Part shown: positions 51,826 through 61,506 of the stretch, piece by piece
Layout of the letters: each line of letters begins with the position of its first letter
How positions within the stretch are numbered: position 1 is the stretch's first letter
From: a virus
Lineage: Duplodnaviria > Caudoviricetes
Virus record (IMG/VR): IMGVR_UViG_3300014656_000022
Location: 9,544 to 73,543 of that record
Length of the DNA: 64,000 nt
Strand: one strand, 5' to 3'
The notes under the pieces: model-generated
What the model was told of the DNA's origin: nothing
Database searches by the model: none
Seen by the model: only the letters and a program-made list of their open reading frames with translations
Made by a program: the position numbers and the translations under genes

Positions 51826-52652
51826 TACTGTTCCTTCTCTCGCTCGGAAGTAGCCTTAGCTGCATTAACGTTCTGTGGAACCTGAGGTGGAGCAATAGTA
51901 AGATACTTAGGTGGTCTTTCTCCAAGAACAGGAGTCCCAGTAGCAGTAATATCAGCAATCTTGAATCCCTCTGGAAGAGGAATAATTTCATCTGGAACAG
52001 CTGACATTGCGATTCCAACAATACCACCTATTGATGAAATTCCAGGCTTAATAAAGTTTTTCCAAATAAAGTTAACTAGAATCTTAATTAGAACATCTTG
52101 TAACTCAAGTATATTAATTGGCTCAATCAAGGTCCCTCTCTTATCTAACTCTGGACGAAGACCACCATCTCTAGCAGCAGCTGTTCCATACCCTCCTAGT
52201 CCAGCTGTTACCTTAGATTCTGAGAGCTTAGAATCTAGTCTAGCTTTCTTAATCTCTTCATCGTCTATGAGAACTTGTCTCCCAATAGATTCTCCTTTGA
52301 GTCTCTGGTTCTCCTTACAAGCTTTGTATTGCTCATATGTAATCTTAGTTGGGTCAGCGGTTGGATAGACCCTTTTCATTGCGGTAATTGCGTCGGCATC
52401 TACACTCGGATTGAGAGAAATAATCATTCCTTCTGCTCTCAAATCAGCCTTAGCTTGTGTAGCAGCTGCTAATAGATTTACAGCCTGTGCAAGCTTTTTA
52501 ACTTTATCTAAATCATTCTCTATTTCTTCCAGGGTTGTCCCTGGAACGGAAAGAGGAGTAATGAGTCCGGGCTCTACAGCAGGAGGAAATCTCTGGATAT
52601 TAGGTCTAAACTCAAGGATATCCCTGCTATCTTCATCAATGTATCTAGTCAT
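51825..52652 (-). CDS. Hypothetical protein, 275 aa, with hydrophobic C-terminal segment
   Basis: TAATG-coupled ORF; ILIKILVNFIW...GGIVGIAMSAV. Confidence 0.6.
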   Translation of the reverse strand: MTRYIDEDSRDILEFRPNIQRFPPAVEPGLITPLSVPGTTLEEIENDLDKVKKLAQAVNLLAAATQAKADLRAEGMIISLNPSVDADAITAMKRVYPTADPTKITYEQYKACKENQRLKGESIGRQVLIDDEEIKKARLDSKLSESKVTAGLGGYGTAAARDGGLRPELDKRGTLIEPINILELQDVLIKILVNFIWKNFIKPGISSIGGIVGIAMSAVPDEIIPLPEGFKIADITATGTPVLGERPPKYLTIAPPQVPQNVNAAKATSEREKEQ

Positions 52653-53071
52653 TAGCCCTCTGTAAATGCAATACGAAGCTTCATATTCTGGAAGGACTTA
52701 ACCTCCGAATGAGAAGGAACTTGCACTCGCACCCAAAAGGGAAGATAAGTACTACTGTCAGCTAAATCAGATAGAGATATAGAAGCCCCTGCAGTAACAG
52801 TAGTCCACTGAGCTGCAATCGGTTGGGTATCCCCAACATAGAGTTTCCAGCTATATCCATTGCTACCATCGACAATCTCGTCTCCTCCATCGATTGGCTG
52901 AACAGTTATATTGGTATACGACCTAACAGGATCATCATTTCTGATATAGTATTTCTTTTCAACTATCCCGCCAAAAGTTCCATCAACTGCAACAGCAAGT
53001 GGATTTGAAAAGGTTCCGTCAATACTAAAAGACGAACCAGGAGTAGTAGATTCATAGATAGCAAGTGCCAT
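52652..53071 (-). CDS. Hypothetical beta-sandwich protein, 139 aa
   Basis: ORF after terL with aggag RBS. Confidence 0.6.
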   Translation of the reverse strand: MALAIYESTTPGSSFSIDGTFSNPLAVAVDGTFGGIVEKKYYIRNDDPVRSYTNITVQPIDGGDEIVDGSNGYSWKLYVGDTQPIAAQWTTVTAGASISLSDLADSSTYLPFWVRVQVPSHSEVKSFQNMKLRIAFTEG

Positions 53072-53079
53072 AAGAACTC

Positions 53080-56000
53080 CTAAATATTCTTTCTCTGTGG
53101 TTTCTTTATCCTAGGTCTCAGTCCAAACTTCATTTGAGCATCTCTTTCAGCTTGAGCAAGAGACCTAATTTTTGGTCTGGGCTGGTCATGTCCAAATCCA
53201 GGCCAATACCATAACCCAACCGAAGTTTCTCTGACAAGATGAGCACCAGGCATCTCCTGGTTGACACCCAACAAAGAAGTCTTCTCTATTCCAACCGTTC
53301 TACTCATTTCTGGCTTTGAGTTTGGTTTCTGTCTTTCATCTGATTTCATAGTTAAAGATATGTCCTGATCAGGAAGTGATTTCTCACCAAATTGACCAGA
53401 GAAAGCTATATCAGCAGAATACTTCGGTTTTCCAAATGGTGTCAACTCCATAGTGAAAGCAACTACTGAAAGCATGAGCCCGTCAAGTGTATGATCTCCA
53501 ATAGATTCATCTAGTGCTCCATATACAGGTACTCCTGCTGTAGTTTTCCTTTGAATAATGTATCCAGATAGTTGTCTCTCTAACTCTTCATCTGAATCAG
53601 AGAACTTAATATCTCCTGATTCAAACCTTCTAACAGTGCTTTCTACTAACCAAGCTTTTGCTGGTTTCTTTATTGGTTGCTTAGTAAATAAATCTCTTGT
53701 TTCTATTGTTCCACCAAACTCATATTTATGAACAATATCTTTCAATCTTGCATCAGGATGGTTCCTTCCTTTATTTCCATCAGCAGCACTATCATATCCA
53801 TATTTACGAAGGACTTCCCATTGTGTCGATCCATATCCTGAGTCGATATAGATAGCAATAGGTCTCCAAATCCTGTTTAGTTCAGCTATCTTTTGACAAG
53901 CAGCTAACTGAGTCCACCCTACCTTAGAAACAATACATCTGTCTACTACTTGAAAGATATTTCTAACAGGATTAAATCCAAGAACAACTATTGATGTGCC
54001 AATCTTAGTATCATTCCAGTCAACCCCAATAGTATATTTCCATCCTTGGGTGTAAGGGATACTTCCATATCTATAAGGAGACTTTGCGTGTTGGATATAG
54101 GCATTCTGGAATACACCTTGTTCTTGTTCACCAAATTCTGCTAGAGCCTCATGGATGTATCCAAGCTCTGTAAGTTGCTCCTTATACATCTGTTCCATTT
54201 CTGTATTCCACATTGGGTTAACAGATGAGGGGAAATAAAACTCTTTCCACAATGTAGAGAAACAAGTCTGAAAGAACTTCTCCCGCTTTCCAGAAGGAGT
54301 AGAACTCATCCAAACAGATGCATTCGGGTAGTTTGTAATGATTGATAGGGCCGCATCCATATCTGCAACCGCTAGATAATCTGCTTCGTCAAATACTAAG
54401 AGGTCAGCATGTTGTCCGCGAACAGCAGCAGCATTTCCACCAGATTTGGTTCCTGCAGTATTATGAAGAACTATACCATTAGCAACAAAATTATTTGTAC
54501 CGTCTCCAACAGAAAGATCGTAAGTAGTAGCTTTACCAATAGGTTCTATGCTCCGTATTTTATTGTAGGAGATGTCTGCAACGTCAACATCCCGTGTGTT
54601 TTTACAAGCTTCCAAACACTTCTCATAACAAATACCTTTAGCTGAAAGGTCTACTAAATCGAGCAGCTTTCTCGTATAGGCTTTTGATTTTATACATAGT
54701 TTATATAAATCATATCTTGAATGAATAACTCTCTGGTTTGTTGCAATCGGAGTATCTTTTCCCGCTTGTTTCTTACAGCGGATATGAGCTTTAATCCCAA
54801 AAGAGTTCAATAGATTTCTTACCCCAAAAACGAGTTCCTTGCTAATACTGCAAAAACCAGCAGTTCCATCTGATTGCAAAAACCCATCAGTTTCTAATAA
54901 GCCTTTTAAAAGACCTAATCGAATAGAAGAAGACTCATTAATTAATACTTGGGGAATAAACTTATTAATAGAAGTTTTATCATTAAGGCCATACTTGTAA
55001 ATCAATGCAGTTAGTTCTGTGTATGGTTTGTCCTGACATCTTCGATGTGGTACATTCATCCTCTTTCGAAGAGTATATTCTTTACTACCAGTTACTGAAT
55101 GAATTTGACTCCTATAACCAATCTTTAATTCAGCTAATGTATCTTCAAATTGCTTTTGAATCAGTGGATTCTTAGAAGTAAATCGTGGCCCTCCATCTGC
55201 AAGAGTCTTTTTGGTTATATTCCCATCTCCAAGAATTAATCCTAATAAGTAAGCTAATCTATCAGGCTGAGCACTAGAGGGAGGAAACTTAAAGTCATTA
55301 GCTATAGCTACATGATCTCCAACTGTTAACTCTTTCAAAGCTATCCATTTCTGGTTCTTTGTCCAAAAAGGATGATCTTCTGAGACTGTGACTTCATGTC
55401 CACTATTTAAGACTACTCTATAAACATCTTTATAGTTTGGAGCATAGACATATGTTACGGGAAGAAAAGTAAGATTATTATCCTCTTGTTTTGAAAGCAC
55501 TCGATCTTTTAAGGTAACGTCTTCTATATTTACTAATCCACGAGAAGTTACTATCTGTGTCCCAGCAACACAAGAGAAGCCCTTAATAATAGACTTATTA
55601 TTTAGCTCCATAGTATACATTGGAGCCTTAACATAACGACTCAGAGCATTTGTAGTTCCGGGATTTGATTTGATTAATTGCTCAAGACGTTTGAAAACTA
55701 AGTCAACCTGTGACTGATATGGAGCGATAACTATTACATCAAAGCCATCGTCCTGGGTCTTCCCTGGCTTAGTAAACATATTGTATAGGATAGCTACTGC
55801 TAGAGCTTCACTCTTACCAATTTGCCGACCCGCGCGGAATACCTTCCTCCGTGCCTGACACCGGGTCATGAGAGCCTGATATGGCCTATGATACCTGGAC
55901 TGGCCAAGAATACTCTCACCAGGATGGTTACCTACCCACTCATTGTACTCTTCGGGGTTCTTTCTTTTCCAAATTTCCCCGTCTGGGTCCAGACAATGCC

Positions 56001-56211
56001 AATCAAGTGTCTCTGCAGCCCATCTAACAGGATCTAATACAGATAAAGCTGTATCCTGTTCTGAAGTTTCTCCAAATAAGGAAAGCTGTTCATAGTCTGG
56101 TATGCCAGTACATTTGATTTTAAACTTTTGGCCTGCAACTAATTTGTGTTTGCTTTTATATCCTTTAATACAATTGAGACAGGTCTTGTCACACTGGGTA
56201 AGGTCTAACAC
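53080..56211 (-). CDS. terL: Terminase large subunit with intein
   Basis: Walker A AGRQIGKS, Walker B LLVFDEAD, motif MSSTP, nuclease IGVDWN and DHTLDG. Confidence 0.95.
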   Translation of the reverse strand: MLDLTQCDKTCLNCIKGYKSKHKLVAGQKFKIKCTGIPDYEQLSLFGETSEQDTALSVLDPVRWAAETLDWHCLDPDGEIWKRKNPEEYNEWVGNHPGESILGQSRYHRPYQALMTRCQARRKVFRAGRQIGKSEALAVAILYNMFTKPGKTQDDGFDVIVIAPYQSQVDLVFKRLEQLIKSNPGTTNALSRYVKAPMYTMELNNKSIIKGFSCVAGTQIVTSRGLVNIEDVTLKDRVLSKQEDNNLTFLPVTYVYAPNYKDVYRVVLNSGHEVTVSEDHPFWTKNQKWIALKELTVGDHVAIANDFKFPPSSAQPDRLAYLLGLILGDGNITKKTLADGGPRFTSKNPLIQKQFEDTLAELKIGYRSQIHSVTGSKEYTLRKRMNVPHRRCQDKPYTELTALIYKYGLNDKTSINKFIPQVLINESSSIRLGLLKGLLETDGFLQSDGTAGFCSISKELVFGVRNLLNSFGIKAHIRCKKQAGKDTPIATNQRVIHSRYDLYKLCIKSKAYTRKLLDLVDLSAKGICYEKCLEACKNTRDVDVADISYNKIRSIEPIGKATTYDLSVGDGTNNFVANGIVLHNTAGTKSGGNAAAVRGQHADLLVFDEADYLAVADMDAALSIITNYPNASVWMSSTPSGKREKFFQTCFSTLWKEFYFPSSVNPMWNTEMEQMYKEQLTELGYIHEALAEFGEQEQGVFQNAYIQHAKSPYRYGSIPYTQGWKYTIGVDWNDTKIGTSIVVLGFNPVRNIFQVVDRCIVSKVGWTQLAACQKIAELNRIWRPIAIYIDSGYGSTQWEVLRKYGYDSAADGNKGRNHPDARLKDIVHKYEFGGTIETRDLFTKQPIKKPAKAWLVESTVRRFESGDIKFSDSDEELERQLSGYIIQRKTTAGVPVYGALDESIGDHTLDGLMLSVVAFTMELTPFGKPKYSADIAFSGQFGEKSLPDQDISLTMKSDERQKPNSKPEMSRTVGIEKTSLLGVNQEMPGAHLVRETSVGLWYWPGFGHDQPRPKIRSLAQAERDAQMKFGLRPRIKKPQRKNI
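54460..55575 (-). mobile_element. Intein with LAGLIDADG homing endonuclease (about 372 aa) in terL
   Basis: KGF|SCVAGTQIV ... TYDLSVGDGTNNFVANGIVLHN|TAGTK; motifs LLGLILGDG and LLKGLLETDG; the N-junction could be Ser 55575 or Cys 55572. Confidence 0.92.
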
Positions 56212-56571
56212 TTATCTAAACATTCCTCTAATTCTATGAAATGGTTTATTTGCAAGCATTTTAGCAGCATACATCCGAGCTGGTCTGTTTAGACCACCAG
56301 CCATACCTCCCAGCATTGCTCCAGTAGCCATCCCACCCATTATGCTAGCGTTATCAGAAAATGCTCCATATTGTGCTCCAACCCCAGCTCCTATTAATGC
56401 CCCCATTCCTGCTGGAGTCTTAGCAACCATTCTAGCTAACCCAAGATGTTGTAAGCCTACAGCTCCTGCTGCAGTTTGCATTGGCCCAGCCATTCCAAGA
56501 GCACCGTGTCCAATCCCACCTAAATAGTTACCAAAACCAGTTACTCCTCTTCCTAACAAACCTGGCATCAT
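56212..56571 (-). CDS. Glycine-zipper hydrophobic protein, 119 aa
   Basis: GALIGAGVGAQYGA and GGMATGAMLGGMAGG GxxxG arrays. Confidence 0.65.
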   Translation of the reverse strand: MMPGLLGRGVTGFGNYLGGIGHGALGMAGPMQTAAGAVGLQHLGLARMVAKTPAGMGALIGAGVGAQYGAFSDNASIMGGMATGAMLGGMAGGLNRPARMYAAKMLANKPFHRIRGMFR

Positions 56572-56577
56572 TTCCTC

Positions 56578-57387
56578 CTAACGATGATAGAGACTTCCTT
56601 CGGCACCTAAAGCTGACCTACCGTTAATATGCGAATTCTGAAGAGCCATAGCACTTCGTTGTCTCATTGTAGCACCTGTATTAAATGGGTCTATATTACC
56701 CCCACCTAACTCTACTTTTCTCAATTGCTTCCTATATTGTCTAGCTCCCTCCCCAAACATATAGGTTCCAGCTCCAATTAAAGCTGCAGGAGCTAAGACA
56801 CCAGTAGCTGTAGCAAGTCCAGGAAGAAATTTCATAGCAGCAGAGAAAGCAAACCACTCAATAGCTGCACCTGCTCCACCTTTCACTGCCCCAAGAGTCC
56901 CACCTTCTTGGTAACCTTCATAAGCTGCATGAGCAGTAAATGCAACAGGAAGCAATCTTCCAGCTATTCCTAGCTTCCCTACTCTCGATAGGACACTCTT
57001 CATCCCCACTCTTCCAATATTCTTGGGAAGTAGCTCTCCCGCATGTTCACCGATTACTCTCGCATTAGACATAAATGCAGCTCTTTCAGCTCTGAGAGTT
57101 GCCAGGTCTCCTTTCAATCCAAGGATGCCAGTATATGACCCTGGCTTAGGAATCATAGAAGAATAGACTTTCCTTGCTTGTGCCATTCCGGCAGCTTCGT
57201 GAGCTGGAACCTTAACTTTGAGCCAATCAGGCATCTTTGATTTACCAGCGATGCCAATACCAAATGACTCAGCAAATCCTTGTGCTCCAGCTAAACCAGG
57301 CCCTGTTGATGTTAAGGCAGTATAGAACTTTGTAGAAGCTGACCGAGCACCCTGCCATTTCCCTCGAATACTATCCATATCAACCAT
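56578..57387 (-). CDS. Gly/Ala-rich hydrophobic protein, 269 aa
   Basis: Multiple hydrophobic segments (GGTLGAVKGGAGAA, GVLAPAALIGAGTY). Confidence 0.65.
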   Translation of the reverse strand: MVDMDSIRGKWQGARSASTKFYTALTSTGPGLAGAQGFAESFGIGIAGKSKMPDWLKVKVPAHEAAGMAQARKVYSSMIPKPGSYTGILGLKGDLATLRAERAAFMSNARVIGEHAGELLPKNIGRVGMKSVLSRVGKLGIAGRLLPVAFTAHAAYEGYQEGGTLGAVKGGAGAAIEWFAFSAAMKFLPGLATATGVLAPAALIGAGTYMFGEGARQYRKQLRKVELGGGNIDPFNTGATMRQRSAMALQNSHINGRSALGAEGSLYHR

Positions 57388-58048
57388 TATGTCTTCCCTG
57401 ATGGAGTCCTTGTGTCAATCCATATGTACTGGTCATGAAAGCTCTATGCATTGGTCCCGCCATTTGAGGAAAGGTTCCTGTCTGACCCATTGGAGAGATA
57501 CCTCCTCCTAATTGTCTGGACCTCGCTTGTCTATTATAACTAACCTGTAATTGCATACCAGCTGTTGGATCAGAAAGAGCATTAGCTCTATCATATATCC
57601 CCCCCATTGTAAAAGTGTTTTGTGGAAGTCCACCAACAGCTCCTATTTGATTAGCAGCTGTATTCCTCCAATTTACCCCAAAGGCCCCGAGGAGAGATCC
57701 ACCTGTATATAGTAGACCTGCCCCACCTACTACACCTGGAATTCCAACAGCAGTTGTGAGACCCCCTGGAATAGCTTTACCTATATTTAATCCAGCTTTA
57801 GCTACGTCCCTAGTTAATCCCCCCATAAATTTAGAAGTCCCAGGAAACTTTCCTATTAACATTCCAGCTCCTGCTCCTAGAGTTCCTCCAATGAGAGCAC
57901 CTCTCGTAGCTCCTCCCCAGAAGGTATCTCCAGATTGGACAGCTCCAGATATACCTCCTCCCCAAAAACCAAGAGAAGCTCCCGTAGCAGCTCCTGCTGA
58001 TCCAGGATAACGTTTACCAAATTTGAGTATCGAATCTATAAACGCCAT
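57380..58048 (-). CDS. Glycine-zipper hydrophobic protein, 222 aa
   Basis: GAATGASLGFWGGGISGA and GALIGGTLGAGAG arrays. Confidence 0.65.
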   Translation of the reverse strand: MAFIDSILKFGKRYPGSAGAATGASLGFWGGGISGAVQSGDTFWGGATRGALIGGTLGAGAGMLIGKFPGTSKFMGGLTRDVAKAGLNIGKAIPGGLTTAVGIPGVVGGAGLLYTGGSLLGAFGVNWRNTAANQIGAVGGLPQNTFTMGGIYDRANALSDPTAGMQLQVSYNRQARSRQLGGGISPMGQTGTFPQMAGPMHRAFMTSTYGLTQGLHQGRHNG

Positions 58049-58071
58049 AGTTCACCTATCGTAACACTATT

Positions 58072-61000
58072 TTAACTACCTGGTATCTTACCAGTCTGTT
58101 TAGTATGTCTAGTTCCAGGACGAACTCCATGTTGCCAAGCTTGCTGAACTCCATCTGAATGAGCCTGTTGCCATTTCTGCTGTCTCTGAACTTGTTTTGG
58201 AAGAGGAGGGGGCCCAGATTTTTTTGGCAAAGGAGGTGGTTGAGATTTGAGTCTAATTCCTAAGGCTTCCGAATATTGTTGTTTGAGAATTTCCCTTTTT
58301 GTAGTTAAGTCCTCTATTGTATGTACAGGTAACCTCTCAGCAATTTTCTGACCAGACTTGAGAGGAGCAAGTCTTTCTGTCAAAGAAGTAAGTCCTTTTT
58401 CTGCTCTCACGAGCTGAGTTAGGCTAGTTGTACTCCCAGAATAATATCTGGATTCTATAGCGGCAGCAAGATACTCTTCAAAAGCATAAGGGTTTCCTGC
58501 ATAACCTTTTCCAGCACCAAGAAGCCACTCTCCTACTTTTTCTGTAGCCTGAGCTTGAGTTCTAATTGTTTCACGAAGACCTAATTCAGAAACAGCCATA
58601 TGGAAACTCTCATGAGCACGAGTCCCTGCCATAACCTGTTCAAATGGTACCCCTAGAACCTTTGCTTGCTGTTGCACTCCTAACTCACTAACGAATCCAA
58701 TACCTTGTAATTTTGAAGCATGAGCTGCTGTTATCTCTTCCCGCATTTTTTCAAAGGCGCTAGTAAAAGCTTTTCTTTCTGTCTGAGGAAGTCCGAGAAC
58801 AGCTTTTTCTGCTTGAGACCTAAACGCTCCCCAGAACCCGGTTAATTCTGTTCTAGCAATTTGTGCGCCTGCTGCTCGCTTCCCATAACTCTTAGCAAAT
58901 ACTTCTCCAAGAATCTTTGGAACTTCAATAAATCCACTACCAAAACCGGTCATTTGTCTACGTTGTCGACCAGCCAGACCTCGATGCTGGAACCCTTCTA
59001 TGGTATTATAGCTGTCATCCTTACCAGAGAAGGCATTTACCAATAGAGCAATTCCACCAAGAGTTATACCTCCAGCAAGAACCCCCTTCCAGGGAATTCG
59101 TACCCCTTGAGAAACAATAGCTCTTTCTCCAGCTCCAGTGATAGCTTTAGCTGGAGTTACGCCTGCTCCAGATTTTGCAATAGCCTCTACAGTTCTCTTA
59201 GATACGACACTTGCATTACTGGCTGCCTCAGCAGCAAATGTATTTATAGCAGGCCTAGGAGCCCAAGAACTAAAGCCACTTCTAATCTCAGGAGGTCTAT
59301 ATACCCTCGATAATCTCTTTTTGACCACGTTTTGTCGAAGTACGGTAGCACCAGTTCTTCTCTCTTCTATTATCCCAGGTACTCTAGAAGCTAATGGACT
59401 ATCTAATCCGGCTCTATTAGGTGCTCCTATAGGATTATTGCTGTCTAAAACAGAGAAAGTGATAGTTGTACGCCCACTAATAAATTTTGCTAAACGAGGA
59501 TGCTGCCGAGCTAGCAATTCTTCATATGTTTGTTCTAGAGAACGTAGAGATTGTTCCGACAAAGTTTCTCTCGAAGTCTCCCATCCTGTCCACCGTCCCC
59601 AACTTGGACCACCTCTCTGAATCCACCGCTTCGTAGGGACATTGGTAAGCTCGGCTTTTCCCGCAATTGTCTCAAGGAGAATGGGTTCTATTCCTTGTTG
59701 CCCAGAAAAAGGGATAGTTGTCTTTCTTGGAAGATTAATCCCAGCAGTTAGGGACTGGGATAACCCTAATTTCGTTTCTACAAAGACATTAGTGCTCTTG
59801 AAGCCTTTGACATCATATAATGCATTAATAGGATATCCAAGACTTTTAGCTGATTTCGTTACTTCTGCAACACGTAAGCCCCTATTAGTTCTTAGAGAAG
59901 ACCTAGCATTACAAGATTCCATCACTATCTTGTAACCTTGCTGTTCGGGTAAATGCTTTCCAATCCATGCTGCTGAAGCTATCTCATATTTACCAGTTGC
60001 AGGATTATAAATTCCAAACCCAGTTCCTCCCACACCGTGTCCAGAAAAGAAAATATTCCGCCTACCTGATTCTTGAACAGTTCTTATGGCTTCTGGCCAA
60101 GACGAAACTACTCTAGTCTCTACACCTAGCTTTTCTAAAGCAACAGAACTCCCTTTGTCTTGCCAATAGAACTCAGGGTCTCCAACTAAGTTGAGCCAAT
60201 CAGCCCCAACTTTTAAATGAGTGGTATAACTAGTTACTTGAGCAATTCGACTAGCTTGAGAAATGGCAGGCGCAGAAGGTAATACTCCTCCACTCAATAA
60301 ACTAAGAGAAAGACCAATATTTAGAGACCAAGACTTGAGAAGACCAATCCATCCACTACCAAAGTCCGTATTCCGCTGGCGTAGCCCCCCGGCTATTCCG
60401 TCATGTCGTAAACCCTCGATAACATTGAAGTTATCGTCTCTTCCTGAAAAACTGTTAATTATCAGGGGAATAGAGAGAAGGGCTCCAGCCCCCATTCCTG
60501 CCTTGAATTTATTCTTTCGAAGAAACTTCCCTGTCTTTTCTAGGAGAGACCAATCTCTAACGGTAGAATAGGTTTCTTTTATCCCGCCTGGAGGAAGAGT
60601 TTTGAGTCCATATTCTTGTAGTAAGTTTCTTAGTCCAGTAGAGAACTCTGTAGTTATTCCTGATTCTGATGCTTGAAGGACGAGGTTTTCTAATGGTCTA
60701 CCCGCCTTTGCCTGAGAAAGTAGCTTGTCTCTAAGAGAGAGTCTTCCCCACCGTTTAACGAGAGCTGTTTCCGCCTCTGAAGAAAGATTCCAGTTGAATC
60801 CTGCTATTTCTCTGGTTGTTTGGATATCTACAGAGGATAGGTGAGCACCTACTGGAGCTTGTCCAGTTAGAATTTCATAAATAGTTGATTGTTTCCACCC
60901 AGAAAATTTATATCCCTCTGTAGCAAGAAATCTGGCTTGAGCTGCCACCGATGCACCAGATTTGCGTACTTCTGCTGCATTTTGATAATAGGACCTTGCT

Positions 61001-61506
61001 TGTTCCCAGAGTTTTGGCTCAACGAGGGGCTTGTACTTCTCCTGACCGATAATGCCAGCCAATCTGACAGATGTCTCATGTCCAATGTCTCTAATCTTGA
61101 GACTTCCAAAGGCTTCTTGATATTGCTTCTCTAATCCATACTTCTCTGCCCGCGTGAGAAGCATAGGAATATCAAATCCACGAGTTCTGGTTTCTCCTAG
61201 GACCTGCGGAGCTATTTCATATCCAATATTCCATCCAGCTACAGTAGACCCTTTAGCACCCTTCAGGACGCCCAAAAATTGGCTGAGAGCCTCTCTTTCA
61301 GTTAGGGTAGGGGGGTAGGTAGCCTTCAGTGGATTCCAGACGTTACGAGCCGACCAGGAAGACATCTTTGTCCCTGGGACTGGATGGGCAGATAGGGTCT
61401 TCTCTCCATAGGAAATGGAGTAGATTGAGGAATAGTGACCTGAGAGAGACCCAGCCTCTATATCGAATACGAAGGGCCTATTCACCTGGTCCTTCCCACT
61501 CCGCAT
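58072..61506 (-). CDS. Multidomain protein: DEDDh exonuclease + caspase/CHAT-like protease + HExxH metallopeptidase
   Basis: VFDIE / GWNI...GFD / AHLSSVD; IFFSGHG...VMESCN; AHESFH...FEEYLA; two TM-like helices each followed by a 35-aa repeat. Confidence 0.75.
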   Translation of the reverse strand: MRSGKDQVNRPFVFDIEAGSLSGHYSSIYSISYGEKTLSAHPVPGTKMSSWSARNVWNPLKATYPPTLTEREALSQFLGVLKGAKGSTVAGWNIGYEIAPQVLGETRTRGFDIPMLLTRAEKYGLEKQYQEAFGSLKIRDIGHETSVRLAGIIGQEKYKPLVEPKLWEQARSYYQNAAEVRKSGASVAAQARFLATEGYKFSGWKQSTIYEILTGQAPVGAHLSSVDIQTTREIAGFNWNLSSEAETALVKRWGRLSLRDKLLSQAKAGRPLENLVLQASESGITTEFSTGLRNLLQEYGLKTLPPGGIKETYSTVRDWSLLEKTGKFLRKNKFKAGMGAGALLSIPLIINSFSGRDDNFNVIEGLRHDGIAGGLRQRNTDFGSGWIGLLKSWSLNIGLSLSLLSGGVLPSAPAISQASRIAQVTSYTTHLKVGADWLNLVGDPEFYWQDKGSSVALEKLGVETRVVSSWPEAIRTVQESGRRNIFFSGHGVGGTGFGIYNPATGKYEIASAAWIGKHLPEQQGYKIVMESCNARSSLRTNRGLRVAEVTKSAKSLGYPINALYDVKGFKSTNVFVETKLGLSQSLTAGINLPRKTTIPFSGQQGIEPILLETIAGKAELTNVPTKRWIQRGGPSWGRWTGWETSRETLSEQSLRSLEQTYEELLARQHPRLAKFISGRTTITFSVLDSNNPIGAPNRAGLDSPLASRVPGIIEERRTGATVLRQNVVKKRLSRVYRPPEIRSGFSSWAPRPAINTFAAEAASNASVVSKRTVEAIAKSGAGVTPAKAITGAGERAIVSQGVRIPWKGVLAGGITLGGIALLVNAFSGKDDSYNTIEGFQHRGLAGRQRRQMTGFGSGFIEVPKILGEVFAKSYGKRAAGAQIARTELTGFWGAFRSQAEKAVLGLPQTERKAFTSAFEKMREEITAAHASKLQGIGFVSELGVQQQAKVLGVPFEQVMAGTRAHESFHMAVSELGLRETIRTQAQATEKVGEWLLGAGKGYAGNPYAFEEYLAAAIESRYYSGSTTSLTQLVRAEKGLTSLTERLAPLKSGQKIAERLPVHTIEDLTTKREILKQQYSEALGIRLKSQPPPLPKKSGPPPLPKQVQRQQKWQQAHSDGVQQAWQHGVRPGTRHTKQTGKIPGS
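58927..60450 (-). repeat. Two copies of a 35-aa module (60346-60450 and 58927-59031)
   Basis: FSGRDDNFNVIEGLRHDGIAGGLRQRNTDFGSGWI vs FSGKDDSYNTIEGFQHRGLAGRQRRQMTGFGSGFI, 20/35 identical by hand. Confidence 0.9.
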
